A stretch of DNA of 64,000 bases from Octopus bimaculoides. Lineage: Eukaryota. Of this stretch, positions 14,691-27,314 are shown in pieces. The translations under genes and the position numbers were made by a program. The notes below the pieces were generated by a model. The model did not search any database. It worked only from the letters and a program-made list of their open reading frames with translations, and had not been told where the DNA came from. The DNA lies in contig NC_068992.1 in assembly GCF_001194135.2 (NCBI RefSeq), positions 60,263,267-60,327,266 on the forward strand. The letters are read 5' to 3'. The first letter of the stretch is position 1. Every line of letters starts with the position of its first letter.

Positions 14691-14913
14691 GATAGACATG
14701 GCCTTATCTAAGTTATAAATATACATACATACATACACACATACATACTTACTTACATACAAACATACATACATACATACATACATACATGCATACATGC
14801 ATACATACATACATGCATACATACATACATACATACATACATGCATATATATATACAATCATAGGCACAGGTATATGTGTATGTAAATATACATGTGTGT
14901 TCGTGTATGTACA

Positions 14914-14965
<52 letters not shown>

Positions 14966-15432
14966 TAGTGAGAGAAAGAGAGGGAGAGAGAGGGAGAAAG
15001 ATAAAAGCACATGTACATGTATATATATATATATATATGCATGTATGAATGTTAACGGCCATACAACAATATGTGTACATGTGTATGTATGCATGTACGC
15101 ATGAACGAGGACGTAGAAATACGTGAATTGGTGTCCAAGCGCGCAGTTGACCCACAACGGGTGAGAGGCCCCTCTGTTGTTGTCACACCTTCAAAGGAGG
15201 GAAACTCTGAGAGAAAACCTGCGACACTAACAATATTCGAGCATGTAGACTAACTCTTCTTTTCGAGTTTATGTTGTCCATGTTTAGAGAGTAGGACTGG
15301 ATTTGTGCAAATCCTTTTCCCACTATAAAAAGATTATCATGCACAGGCATCGTTTTAAAAAGAAAGTAAGACCTATCAAAAATGGCTGGTCGTAGCCTTC
15401 CCATGTGTGGGACTTTTGATCAGGCGATGGCA

Positions 15433-15487
<55 letters not shown>

Positions 15488-15489
15488 CT

Positions 15490-15700
15490 TTACTGTCTAC
15501 AGTGCCTACGTAATCGCAATATCGTTTGCACAATTTGGAGAATATACTACGAGCATTGCTCAAGCGATTTTTAACATCAGATTCGGAATGAATCGAAAGC
15601 TGAGGCCTACTTGGTACACGCCCCCTATTCAATTCAGGCTCACAACATAAACATACATGCAATTTATTTATCTCAACAAGCTGAAACATCTTCAAGGGAT
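15490..15700 (-). mobile_element. RTE-like LINE fragment (region after the RT core)
   Basis: SIHSESDVKNRLSNARSIFSKLCKR resembles the RTE pattern ID.EV..R...A..AF..L. Confidence 0.55.
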
Positions 15701-15924
15701 ACCAGATAAGCCACCTATAACTGGATACATCTTAGTGAAAAACAACACCCTAAATGAATGGGGCATGATACCGCAAAACTTATCCTAAAAATGAATTAAC
15801 GGATTCTACCAGGTGGCACTGTGGACTGAGCCAATAGAAAAGGCCTGAGCCAATCTTACGCCGAGACATATTTAAGCTATCTTATCACATAATACACAGA
15901 CAAATACGTGCATATATTTATATA

Positions 15925-16132
15925 TATTCTTTTATTCTTTTATTTGTTTCAACTATTTCACTGCGGCCATGCCGGAGCACCGCCTTTAGTACAGCAACTC
16001 GACCCCTGGACTTATTCTTTGGAAGCCAAGTATTTATTCTATCAGTCTCTTTTGCCGAACCGCTAAGTTACGGGGACGTAAACATATTGGGGGGACAATC
16101 AAAGACACACAAGCATACATATATACATACAT

Positions 16133-16195
<63 letters not shown>

Positions 16196-16357
16196 CAACG
16201 GGTTTCTTTCAGTTTCTGTCTACGAAATCCACTCACAAGGCTTTGGTCGGCCCGAGGCTATAGTAGATGACATTTGCCCAAGGTGTCACACAGTAGGATT
16301 GAACCCGGAACCATGTCGTTGGTGAGCAAGGTACTTACCACACAGCTACTCCTGCGC
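15925..16357 (-). mobile_element. tRNA-derived SINE family B with CORE-like domain and internal microsatellite, full length; partial second copy at 16374-16494
   Basis: Reverse complement of the copy at 17878-18285, including the CORE-like CCTTGGGCAA and the tail CAGCATGGCCGCAGT..GAAACAA. Confidence 0.9.
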
Positions 16358-16789
16358 ACGCACACACACATATGACGGGCTTCTTTTAGTTTCCGTTCTC
16401 TAAATCCACACTCACGGCTTTGGTCGTCCCAAGGGTATGGTAGAAGATACTTGTCCAAGATACCACGTAGTTGGACTAAACTCGGAACGATATGCACGGG
16501 TTTGTGCGGGCGCATGTGTGCTTGTGTGTATATATGTACGCTTTTATCTAATAATAATTCTGCGTGTCACTCCGCTACTTAGCCCGTCTGTAACGCTATC
16601 ACGTGATTAGTTGAAAGGAAAGGCGAAGGGTGAATGAAAAAGAGAGAAAAAGAGGGTAAGGCGCAGAGTGAGAGAGAAAGAGGTAGAATGCTGTGTATTA
16701 AGTGTATAAAATTGTGCATAAAGTATATAAAGTGTATATATAAAGTGCATTAAGTAATCATCGTATTCTAATTTCCTCCACTTATCAAT

Positions 16790-17055
16790 GATTAGCAGAT
16801 GAGTGACTATCTTTTGAGACAGACACAACTTATCCAGTCGCAATGAAACATAAGTAACTAATGTGACAACGTTCCCCATTGAAGGTGACTCCAATCCATC
16901 CCAGGGTTACTCATTTGCAGCTGAGTCTATTGAAGTAGCTTGAAATGAAGAGTCCTGCCCAAGAACACAACGCACCGCTCGGTTCTAGGAATCAAAACCA
17001 CGATCATGCGATCATGAATGTGCAACACCCTAAGCTCTAGGCCACGCACCTACAC
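16790..17055 (-). mobile_element. tRNA-derived SINE family C (further diverged copies at about 32700-32960 and 53270-53415, both minus)
   Basis: The minus-strand head has TGGCCTAGAGC (A-box-like), GGTTTTGATTCC (B-box-like) and CORE-like TTGGGCAGGACTCTTCATTTC. The motif CAACGTGAAATGAAGTG is shared by the other two copies. Confidence 0.65.
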
Positions 17056-17535
17056 TTGTAAGTGAGTACAGAGCGTAATTAATAAATGAATGACAAAACA
17101 ACGGGAGCTACGGAATCATATTCATTAACATAGTATGACAACTTGTAGCTCTAATGAAGCTACAAAATGTCGTACAGGCAAACATCTCTAGATGGACAGT
17201 TACCTATAACTGAAACAGCTATAAGCTAATGGATGTCATTACATTTTTACTTAAATATAACTAAAATTATTGAACATGCGGTTATAATGACTACAAAGTG
17301 TTTGTTTTCGCTTTGTACACGTTTCCACCTTATATTACTAGTTCCGATTTATTTTATATTATTTCCGATTTCATTCATTATTGTCGTAATTACAGCTAAT
17401 GTGATAATTAATTAATGCGTTTTAAATATGTTTGCTAATGTGCATAAAACTCTGCCACGCCTGTCCTTTCTAATTAATTTATGTTAGGGATGACACTTGA
17501 TAGATTGCTGTGTTTATAGGTTAATAGCTGTTAAC

Positions 17536-17593
<58 letters not shown>

Positions 17594-17877
17594 TTATCTA
17601 TCTTGTTTTATTTGATATTTATTACTAGTTATGTTATTATATAAAGAATAAATCAATTCAATGAATAATGTTAGTTCAGTTTTTCTCCTGTGAAACAAAG
17701 AGTTACCAATATGTAGTTGAACACTGTAAAAAAAAAAAAAAGAATAGAAACGTGGGAAAGACTTGACCTTTCAACTTAGAAAACGATTGAAAACGACAAA
17801 TATATAAAAAACTAAATCGATTAAAAGCAAAAAAGAAAAAAAAATTAAGAAACGAAAGAAAAATTACAAGATTTGTA

Positions 17878-18285
17878 GGCGCAGGTGTGGTTGTGTGGTA
17901 AGTAGCTTGTTTACCATCCACATGGTTCTGGGTTCATTCCCACTGCGTGGCACCTTGGGCAAGTGTCTTCTACTATAGTCTCGGGCCGACCAAAGCCTTG
18001 TGAGTAGATTTGGTAGACGGAAAACTGAAAGAATCCCGTCGTATATATGTATGTGTGTGTATATGTTTGTGTGTCTGTGTTTGTCCCCCCAATATCACTT
18101 GACAACCGATGCTGGTGTGTTTACGTCCCCGTAACCTAGCGGTTCGGCAAAAGAGACTGATAGAATAAGTACTAGGCTTCCAAAGAATAAGTCGTGGGGT
18201 CGATTTGCTCGACTAAAAAAGGCGGTGTTCCAGCATGGCCGCAGTCAAATGACTGAAACAAGTAAAAGAATAAAGAGTAAAGAGA
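17878..18285 (+). mobile_element. SINE family B, full length (CORE-SINE-like)
   Basis: A-box-like TGGTTGTGTGG, B-box-like GGTTCATTCCC, CORE-like GGCACCTTGGGCAAGTGTCTT, a central (TA/TG)n tract, and the tail GACTGAAACAAGTAAAAGA. Confidence 0.92.
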
Positions 18286-18389
18286 TTAAAAGTATAAAAA
18301 ATTAAATTATCGAAATAAGAAGAAAAACACACACACCTAGAATTACTTCAATAAGAAAACAAAGAAGAAAACGAAAGATTGTAAGGTGG

Positions 18390-18830
18390 GTGTGGGGTAT
18401 AACATGTTCTACACCACAATCGGAATGGTGTATCCAGCGTGCCTCGAGGACATAAATGCAAAGGTGTTGCCGCGGAGATTGGCCAGCGGCACTCGCTGCA
18501 ACAGTCACCCAACCTCATGGGGGCTCATTTTTCAGATACGTTTATTTCTCATCCTGATTTTACGGAGGAAATTTGCAGTGCGGGATCCGAGAATCCCTTT
18601 AGATTTCGACGGGTGACCGGTACGAACTGATAGTGGCCGGTCAAACACCGGTATTTGATTGTCTTCTTCTTCTCGTCTGCATTACGGGAGGCGATAGCCA
18701 GGTTTGCGGCCGATGCAGCAAGGTTAGAGAAGGAGAACGTGTAACATGTTGAATCTCACATTAGGGATTCTTGACTCAAAATGTGTTGCCTTCCAGTTTT
18801 ATACTAGACATCCCCATTTGTTTTTTTTTT
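18390..18830 (-). mobile_element. CRE-clade non-LTR retrotransposon, restriction-like endonuclease C-terminus (decayed)
   Basis: Minus strand reads TCYTFSFSNLAASAANLAIASRNADEKKKTIKYRCLTGHYQFVPV, then after a frameshift LRKIRMR...LLQRVPLANLRGNTFAF. This matches the CRE-type pattern A..K..KY..L...Y.FVP and LFQR.S.A.QRGNA. Confidence 0.7.
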
Positions 18831-18839
18831 ATTCGCATT

Positions 18840-19098
18840 CTACTGCTGCTGCTGATGAGGCTGTGGTGATGGAAGTTGTGGTGGCAGCGGGGTTGGAATT
18901 GGTCGTGGTGGTGATGACGGTGGCGGCGGCGGCGATGATGGCGAAATTGGTGATAATGGCGGTGGTAGTCGTCGTTGAAATCTTGATAATTACCACGAAT
19001 GGAGCGTTGAGAAAGAAAACGAAAATTGCTGTTACTTTTACTGTTGTTGTCTCTCATGATGTTGTTGTTGTTGGTGCTGCGGTTGGTATTGGTGGTGG

Positions 19099-19133
<35 letters not shown>

Positions 19134-19420
19134 GTTGTAGTGGTGGTGATCGTAGTGTTGAGGATGATGATGACGATAACGGGGATGACGACAACGATGG
19201 TTGATTTAAAGAAGACGATGGCAATACTGCTACTGTTGGTCATCAGGATGCTGACGGCGGTGGTGATAATGATGATGATGATGGCATTGATGATTCGCTG
19301 TGTTATGATAATGATGATGGTGACGACGACCCATGTGGACGATGATAAGGATGACTGCAACGATGATGATGACCACGACCTCCACGTTGCCGCTGCTGCT
19401 GCTAATGATGACGATTGTAA
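18840..19420. repeat. Degenerate mixed trinucleotide array (GAT/GGT/GCT/GTT)
   Basis: Read directly; it produces low-complexity ORFs in several frames. Confidence 0.9.
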
Positions 19421-19636
19421 TGATGACAAAATTTTATTTAAAACAAAATTCTTTGTATGGATTGTTCAGCTACAACCCCTTTATTTTTATCCAAGTCACG
19501 TTGCTTTAAATAAAGTCGAGATAAGAGGAAAAGAGATAGGAGGTCCGTAGTCCTGGATCTGAACCCAGATGTACTTCTCAGAATGCTCCTACGGAGTCCA
19601 GCATTTACAAACTAGATACAAGATAAATTTTATATA

Positions 19637-20930
19637 TTAGGTCGTCAAGTCTGAAATTTGTAGAAAAGGAAAAAAAAAATTGCTAATGTTTTATAAATAC
19701 AAGGAATAGTTTTATTCATCAAAGTATGCACCCATATTGTCAGTACACGTTTGCCATTTCAACGGTAGCTTGTCCAGCCCGGAACTGTAAAAGCCTGGTA
19801 ATCTAGAGTCAATAAAATCTTGGAAGGCCTGTTTTACAGCATCGTTGGAATTAATTTTTTTTCCTATCAAAAATATTCCAAATTCTGAAAGAAGTGATAG
19901 TCAATGGGGGCAAGATCAGGTGAGAATGGTGGATGATGGAAAACTTCCAACTCCAACTCCTGTAGTTTCACCAAAAACATTTTTTGTGATGTGTGGTCTG
20001 GCGTTGTCTTGCAATAAAATAGGAGTAGATCTGTTGACTAATCTAGGTTGTTTTTTGTAAGCGTTCTGTAAGTTCTGGTCCAGTTGGCTGCAGTATACTT
20101 CGGCAGTAATTGATGATCCAGGTTTAATGAAATCATAAAGGATCACAGCTACACCAGACCACCAAACACACACCACCAATCAGCTTCTTTTCATGACTTT
20201 TGCTTTTTGGACTGAGTTTTGGTAGCTCATCTTTGTCCAACCATTGTGCTGAACGTTTACGGTTGTGGTATTGGATCCATTTCTCATCACGTTACAATTC
20301 AATTAAAAAATGATTCCTTTTTGTGACGTGAAAGTAGCATAATGCAGGCTTCCAAACGTTGCTGTTTCTGATTTTCATTGACTTTATGTGGAACCCATTT
20401 ATCCAACTTTTTCACTTTACCGATTTGAACTAGGTGAGTTAATATTGTTTGCTTGCTAACACCAAAGAACAACAATAATTCACGGCCACTTTGAAATGGA
20501 TCTGACTCGACGGTGACTTTCAGTCCGTCATTATCCACATTTGTTTCTGGTCAACCGCGTTGCTCAGTTGAGAGGTCAACGTTACCAGAACGAAATTTTG
20601 CAAACCAATTTGATACCGTCTGCTGTGTAATAACATTAGAATGAAATACTCCATTAATATTCCGAGCTGTCTGTGATGCTGTATTTCCTAGAAAGAACTC
20701 ATATTTCAAAATGGTACGAATTTCCGTCTTATCCATCTGTAAACAGAACCAGCAAAAAACGATTTATAAATAATTTATAAAGCGCAAAATGAGTTAGAAT
20801 AAAGAAATAGATGTGTCAGGTTTCAATCAAAAAATAAAGATTGTCAAAATATAATAATGGCGCAAAATAAGCAGCTAATAGGATACGGCGTGTTCTAAAA
20901 TATCTTAGATAATGTAGTTCTACATAATCT
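19637..20930 (-). mobile_element. Tc1/mariner DNA transposon (mariner, D,D34D), decayed; second TIR probably in the gap from 20932
   Basis: One end reads TA|TTAGGTCGTCAAGTCTG at 19635-19653, a typical mariner TIR start. The transposase pseudogene lies inside. The other end is lost in the N gap. Confidence 0.9.
19712..20736 (-). pseudogene. Mariner transposase pseudogene with frameshifts and stops
   Basis: Stitched frames give MDKTEIRTILKYEF...(HTH), KKLDKWVPHK (WVPHEL motif), IVT*DEKW (D1), LLQDNARPH (D2), HPPFSPDLAPIDYHFF (YSPDL motif, D3) and end MGAYFDE* (TAA at 19712-19714). Confidence 0.92.
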
Positions 20931-21883
20931 TNNNNNNNNNNNNNNNNNNNNNNNNNNNNNNNNNNNNNNNNNNNNNNNNNNNNNNNNNNNNNNNNNNNNN
21001 NNNNNNNNNNNNNNNNNNNNNNNNNNNNNNNNNNNNNNNNNNNNNNNNNNNNNNNNNNNNNNNNNNNNNNNNNNNNNNNNNNNNNNNNNNNNNNNNNNNN
21101 NNNNNNNNNNNNNNNNNNNNNNNNNNNNNNNNNNNNNNNNNNNNNNNNNNNNNNNNNNNNNNNNNNNNNNNNNNNNNNNNNNNNNNNNNNNNNNNNNNNN
21201 NNNNNNNNNNNNNNNNNNNNNNNNNNNNNNNNNNNNNNNNNNNNNNNNNNNNNNNNNNNNNNNNNNNNNNNNNNNNNNNNNNNNNNNNNNNNNNNNNNNN
21301 NNNNNNNNNNNNNNNNNNNNNNNNNNNNNNNNNNNNNNNNNNNNNNNNNNNNNNNNNNNNNNNNNNNNNNNNNNNNNNNNNNNNNNNNNNNNNNNNNNNN
21401 NNNNNNNNNNNNNNNNNNNNNNNNNNNNNNNNNNNNNNNNNNNNNNNNNNNNNNNNNNNNNNNNNNNNNNNNNNNNNNNNNNNNNNNNNNNNNNNNNNNN
21501 NNNNNNNNNNNNNNNNNNNNNNNNNNNNNNNNNNNNNNNNNNNNNNNNNNNNNNNNNNNNNNNNNNNNNNNNNNNNNNNNNNNNNNNNNNNNNNNNNNNN
21601 NNNNNNNNNNNNNNNNNNNNNNNNNNNNNNATATATATGTATATGTATGTATGCATGTATGTATGTATATAGGCGTTTCAGCCTGAGAGCTATACATAAC
21701 TTGTTGATGAATATATCAGTACAGATAAAAGGGGTCTGCTTGCAACGATAAACGATGATTGTTGTGACTGGCGTTACACTGGAACCATTGGTTAAGAAAC
21801 CGGATTAAGAGTAGCCGGATTTAAGATAGGCAGACTACCTGTAATTTAACATCAGGCAGTAGATGTTAAAAATGATAAGTATA

Positions 21884-22412
21884 GACGCAAATGTGACTGT
21901 GTTGCATGAAGTTTGTTTCCCAACCGCATGGTTTCAGGGTCAACCCAACGGCGCGGCACCTTGGCCAAGTGTCTTCTGCTCCAACTCCGGGTCGATCAAT
22001 GACTTGTGAGTGAATGTAGCAAAAGGAAACTGTGTGGAAGCCGTTTCTTGGCCCATTGTCTTCTGCTCCCGCTCCGGGTCTATCAATGACTTGTGAGTGA
22101 ACGTAGTTGAAGGAGACTGTGTGGAAGCCTGATCTGGGCCAAGTGTCTTCTGCTCCAGCCCCGGGTCGATCAATGATTTGTGAGTGAATGTAGTAGACGG
22201 AAACTGTGTGGAAGCCTGTTGTAATACATGTCTGAGTATGTTTTGTATCTGTATTTCTTCCGCTTCACACCCGATGTTGGTTTGTTTACACCCTTGTAAC
22301 TTTGTGGTTCGGCCTAAGATTATTAACAGAATAAGTACAACACTAAAACCTCTTCACTGCGATGCTCTTGCATGGTTGCAGTCCAGTGACTGAACTATGT
22401 AGAAAATAAAAG
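21884..22412 (+). mobile_element. SINE family B variant with an internal 87-bp unit in three copies
   Basis: Units start at 21961, 22048 and 22135. Head and tail are family B-like. Confidence 0.85.
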
Positions 22413-23247
22413 GTAAATTTTAATCCGGAAACAGTTTTTGAACCGGGTGGGGGTGGGGTGGAGGGTAATGAAGCCATAGGAAACGTTGGATAAGGGTGTT
22501 AAATAATGACGTTTTAGCCGAGAGTTTAAGGTAGTTTGGCTAGAAGGCCAAGCTGACATATGAAGTCAACGATTAAATCTATAAGTTGATATATTGATTG
22601 GAAATTATTTATGATCACCGGATCGAAATGTCTATCCGCTGCTTCAAGGCTTAGTATTAATTAATAATCTTTCTTAAAATTCAAAGTCTCTGTTAGATAA
22701 ATCGATCAGTCATCTGGTATCTCGTTAAATAATGCCATTGCAGGAAATGATTACAATAACATTTCAAAAAAGAAAAGAAAATATCTGTGGACCTTCTTGG
22801 AGATGGCTTCACTAAATATAGACGGATTTCATTTCATTTTTGACCTTTGACTCAGTAGTTGACTGTGTCACGGTTAATATGATTAAAGTCTGGCGTGATT
22901 CGTAGGCCGTCGAGAAAGATAAGAGTATATGTGTTGTGTTCAGATAATATATTCTTTTATTACTTAACTTTCTTCCTACATCACATAGTCGCCATATTGG
23001 AGCATGGCTTTGAAGCGTTTTGGTCAAGCATATCAACCCCAGGTAGTGTTTACTCCAGGTCCCTATTTATTACGTTATCGATTTTTATTTAGCCAATCAC
23101 TAAGTCACGCTTGAATGTTGATGAAGTCGTTGACGTGTCACACGTATACACACAAAAATACATAGAGTAACACACACACGAAGATTCACGTATATATATA
23201 CATACGTATACTAAATGTATGTACGTGTATATGTATATATATATACG

Positions 23248-23291
<44 letters not shown>

Positions 23292-23321
23292 CGTATATAT
23301 AACATATATATACATATATAC

Positions 23322-23360
<39 letters not shown>

Positions 23361-23365
<5 letters not shown>

Positions 23366-23729
23366 CTTTATTCTTTTATTCTTTTACTTGTTTCAGTCAT
23401 TCGACTGCAGCCATGCTGGAGCACCGCCTTGAGGGGTTATTCTTTGTAAGCCTACTACTTATTCTATCGATCACTTTTGCCGAACCGCTAGCTTACGGGG
23501 ACGTTAACACACCAGCATAGGCTGTCAAGCTATGGTGGTGGGGACAAACACAGACATAAAGACACACAAACATAAATATAAATGTGTGTGTCTGTGTGTG
23601 TGTGTGTATACATACGGCAGGCTTCTTTCAGTTTCCGTCTGCCAAATCCACTTACAAGATTTTGGTCGGCTCGAGGCTATAGTAGAAGACACTTGTCCAA
23701 GGTGCCACACAGTGGAGCTAAACCCGGAG
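23361..23729 (-). mobile_element. SINE family B, head truncated at a CR1-like fragment
   Basis: GACTGCAGCCATGCTGGAGCACCGCC..TTGTCCAAGGTGCCAC in reverse orientation. Confidence 0.88.
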
Positions 23730-23734
23730 TGTTG

Positions 23735-23900
23735 CCACACCTCCTCTGATAATTGGTAATTGGTGAATGAGAGAATTTGATGCTGCTGTCTCATTCCCCC
23801 TTCCCACCGAGAAGTTGGCTCATCTGGAGCTCTTGACAGTAGGAGAGATAGTTTAGTTTTCAAGACATCTATATCCATTCCATGCTACTCAACAGGGCCT
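23735..23900 (-). mobile_element. CR1/L2-group LINE 3' terminal fragment
   Basis: MDIDVLKTKLSLLLSRAPDEPTSR resembles the CR1-type C-terminal pattern FK..LD.FL..VPD.P. Confidence 0.6.
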
Positions 23901-24292
23901 TTTAAGACGGTGGATGTATCATTCGATATTTATTCGGTTCGTATTTCTAATGATTACGTAGAAGCATTCGGCATGAACTTAATGGTGTGCTTATGTGATC
24001 TTTCTCCAGTACAACAACTTTGCTCTCCCAACATCTCAATATTTTTGCTCTCGTTAACTTCAAGTGCTTATATTTTATTTATTCTTACACTTTAAACTTG
24101 ACTGGACTAAATCTCGTCTAGAATTATTGTCATTCTAACAATCGGTATTAGTAGAATCAAAGAAACTAATTTTTTTTTATTCTTTTTGTATCCTTTGCTG
24201 ATTATATATCTTGTTGTTTTTTCTCCTTTGATCTGTTATCTTGATTTAAATCAATGATAATTTGTGTTGCGTAGCTTCTGTAAATAAGTTGA

Positions 24293-24350
<58 letters not shown>

Positions 24351-24489
24351 AACAACAACAACAACAGCAGCAGCAGCAGCACTCCCCCCCCAACAGCAAC
24401 AAAAACGATAATCAACAGCTAAAATTACAAATTGTCTCCCGACGTAAACAAATGTATAATGTTGGTTTTCATGGACAAACCATGAATAC

Positions 24490-24590
24490 ACATACGATGG
24501 ACAAGCACTGGACATACGCTAGACAAACGCTGGACATACGCTGGTCAAGCACTGGACATACGCTAGACAAACGCTGGACATACTCTGGTC
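24490..24590 (+). repeat. 11-bp minisatellite with 44-bp higher-order period
   Basis: ATGGACAAGCA CTGGACATACG CTAGACAAACG CTGGACATACG CTGGTCAAGCA CTGGACATACG CTAGACAAACG CTGGACATACT. Confidence 0.9.
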
Positions 24591-24667
24591 TTCTCTTCCA
24601 AATAATATTAACACCCCCTCTAAAATCCATGTATATTTAAAATATAAATAATAATGTCTTTTTTATA

Positions 24668-25038
24668 TACTTTGGTACACGGTCAACAGTTTTTTGAGGG
24701 GAGGGGCAGTCGAATACATCGGCTCCAGTACTTGACTGGTACTTCTTTTATCAATCCCGAAAAGAATGAAAAGCAAATTCGCCCTCCACGGAATCTGAAC
24801 TCGGATCGTGAAGATGGACGAAATGCCGCTAAGCATTTTCTGCGCGTGATAACGATTAAACCATCTCACCGCCTTAATAATGATAAGTGTAATGATAATG
24901 ATAATGGTTTTGAAATTTAGGTAGAGGCCAGCAATTTCGGTTGGTGGGGTGGGTAAGTTGATTACATCGACACTAGTGCGCAATTGCTACTTATTTTATC
25001 GATCCCCGAAAGGATGAAAGCCAAAGTCGACGTCAGCA

Positions 25039-25040
<2 letters not shown>
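24668..25040 (-). mobile_element. Two SINE family A copies (24668-24876 full length; 24906-25040 5'-truncated)
   Basis: Same body motifs in reverse orientation. Confidence 0.8.
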
Positions 25041-25101
<61 letters not shown>

Positions 25102-25115
25102 TGATGATGATGATG

Positions 25116-25167
<52 letters not shown>

Positions 25168-25175
25168 TGATGATG

Positions 25176-25233
<58 letters not shown>

Positions 25234-25240
25234 TAAAAAT

Positions 25241-26262
25241 CGAAACCGCTGACATATGGTATAAACACCATCCTGAAGCTGTGACTGAGGGAAAATGTAT
25301 GGAGTAGCAGAAAATATGAGAAGCCTTATATGGAACAGTATGAAATGTTGAAGAACTGAATTGAAAGCAGGGAATCAGGTATTAGAAGAGGTGAGAATCA
25401 AGAGAGAAATCTTCCAAGGGGCAGTGTGTCCTCACTCACTGACCTTTGTGCTGGAAATGATTCACTTGAGTGAAATACTACAGAAGACAAAGCTGGGGTA
25501 TGATCTGGGAAGAGGTAAGGGAAAATGAAACCACTTGCTATTCATGGACGACTTGAAGTCGTTCAGAAAAAGTGATGCAGAATTGGACAACCAGGTCCAG
25601 TCTGTGCGGCTTTTCTCGAATGATATCAAAATGAAGTTTGGACTCTCAAAATGTGCTACGATGGTGAAGAAGCGAGGAAAGCTTGTCAGGACAGAAGACA
25701 TATGTATGCCAGGTGGAGAAATAATAAAGGCAATTGAATCTGAAACCAGTTATAAATACCTGGGAATACTTGAGGCAGGTGGAGAAAAACCCTGGCGAGT
25801 GAAAAAAAAATATTGGCACCAAAGCTGAATGCCAGAAAGATAATTTCGGCTATAAACTCGCGCGCAGTTTCAGTAGCTTGTTATGGTGCTGGAATCCTGA
25901 AGTGGACAGAAGTGGAGTTAAATGAGTTGGACAGGGAGACGAAAGCTCCTGAGGCTGCATGGAGCCCATCATCCACGTGCAGACACTGATCGCTTATACA
26001 TGAAGAGAGCAAATGAAGGTAGGGAAACTAATAAGTGTGGAAGAACAAGCCCCACCACCCAAAACTGCTCAATTGGGGACAGCTTGGATTTTGAGATTCG
26101 TGCTTGGGTGATGAGTCTCTTCAACAATACGTTAATATCCACATCCAAGTGCCAAAGCTTTATATTTGCGGAAAGAGACTCTGTGAGATCTCCGACAACA
26201 GATTTCTATCCGCTCTAACGGAATCAATCAGAGCAAGTAGGACTGAGAACCATGGGAAGTAA
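25241..26262 (+). mobile_element. R4/Dong-clade non-LTR retrotransposon fragment (RT part plus C-terminus and 3' UTR) inside (TAA)n
   Basis: Translations: MYGVAENMRSLIWNSMK, EVRIKREIFQG, HLLFMDDLK (catalytic xxDD), IKMKFGLSKCA, SYKYLGILE, HGAHHPRADTDRLYMKR, then KTAQLGTAWILRFVLG* (stop 26109-26111). (AAT)n arrays flank it at 25040-25230 and 26263-26321. Confidence 0.85.
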
Positions 26263-26321
<59 letters not shown>

Positions 26322-26841
26322 GGTACTGAGAGATTATCGATATGCTGCATTGAAGGTGCATTTATCGATGTATTGATTAAGGCATATATTAATGGCTCCA
26401 ATAATGTATAGAAAGAAAAAATTAAAATACACACAGATAAAAAGGTAAATGCAAATACGGGAGTCTCAAAGACATGCAAGATAACTTGTATGGGCGGAAG
26501 TTAAATCAGGGGTCATTTTGACAAAGTTGTCATCGTATTAAAAAAAGCAAAAAAAAAAAAAAGAAACAAAACAAAGAAAAAAACAAACAAAATAAGATTG
26601 CCCTCTAAAGAAACATTTCTTGGGTTATTTCCAAAAACAAACAAAATTACTATTTACTTCTTTTATTGTTTTATTTAAGAAGTTGAATTTATTTAATGTT
26701 AGAATTGCGTCTCGACCCGCCAGATAGTTGGCAACATCAACACATATATGTTTTGATTGCTGAGAAATACTTAAAAACTTACACTTCAACAGCTCTTGTT
26801 CGCATTATCATTGGTGTTATTCTTAGTATTTTTGTTGTTGC

Positions 26842-26919
<78 letters not shown>

Positions 26920-27276
26920 CGTCATGATAATGATGATGGTGTTTGGTTGGCGACGAGAAGTCAATCTTCTCTTACATGTTTCTACAACCAAACGAACGTT
27001 AACATCCACACTCACTCACATTTTGTTTATGCACACACATGCACAGATGAATGCATGTGTGTGTGTATGTCTGTGTGTGTGTATGTCTGTGTGTGTGTAT
27101 GTATCTGCGCATGTATGTATAGGCACATATAAGTGTGTATAATGTATGCATGTACATACGTATAAATGTGCATACACACACGCACACACACATACACATA
27201 TATGTATGTATAAATATCTATGTCTATATATGTATTACATATATGTAATATATGTATGTCTATATATGTGTGTATG

Positions 27277-27314
<38 letters not shown>

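Noticed and set aside
17878-17950. tRNA genes at SINE heads
   Set aside because: A and B boxes are present, but there is no complete cloverleaf and they continue into SINE bodies.
18746-19550. Poly-D, poly-M and poly-I ORFs
   Set aside because: Degenerate trinucleotide repeats open in several frames on both strands, with no domain or splice support.
21940-22217. CRISPR-like or repeat-protein reading of the 87-bp repeats
   Set aside because: Units are contiguous with no unique spacers, lie inside a SINE, and no cas genes are present in this eukaryotic DNA.
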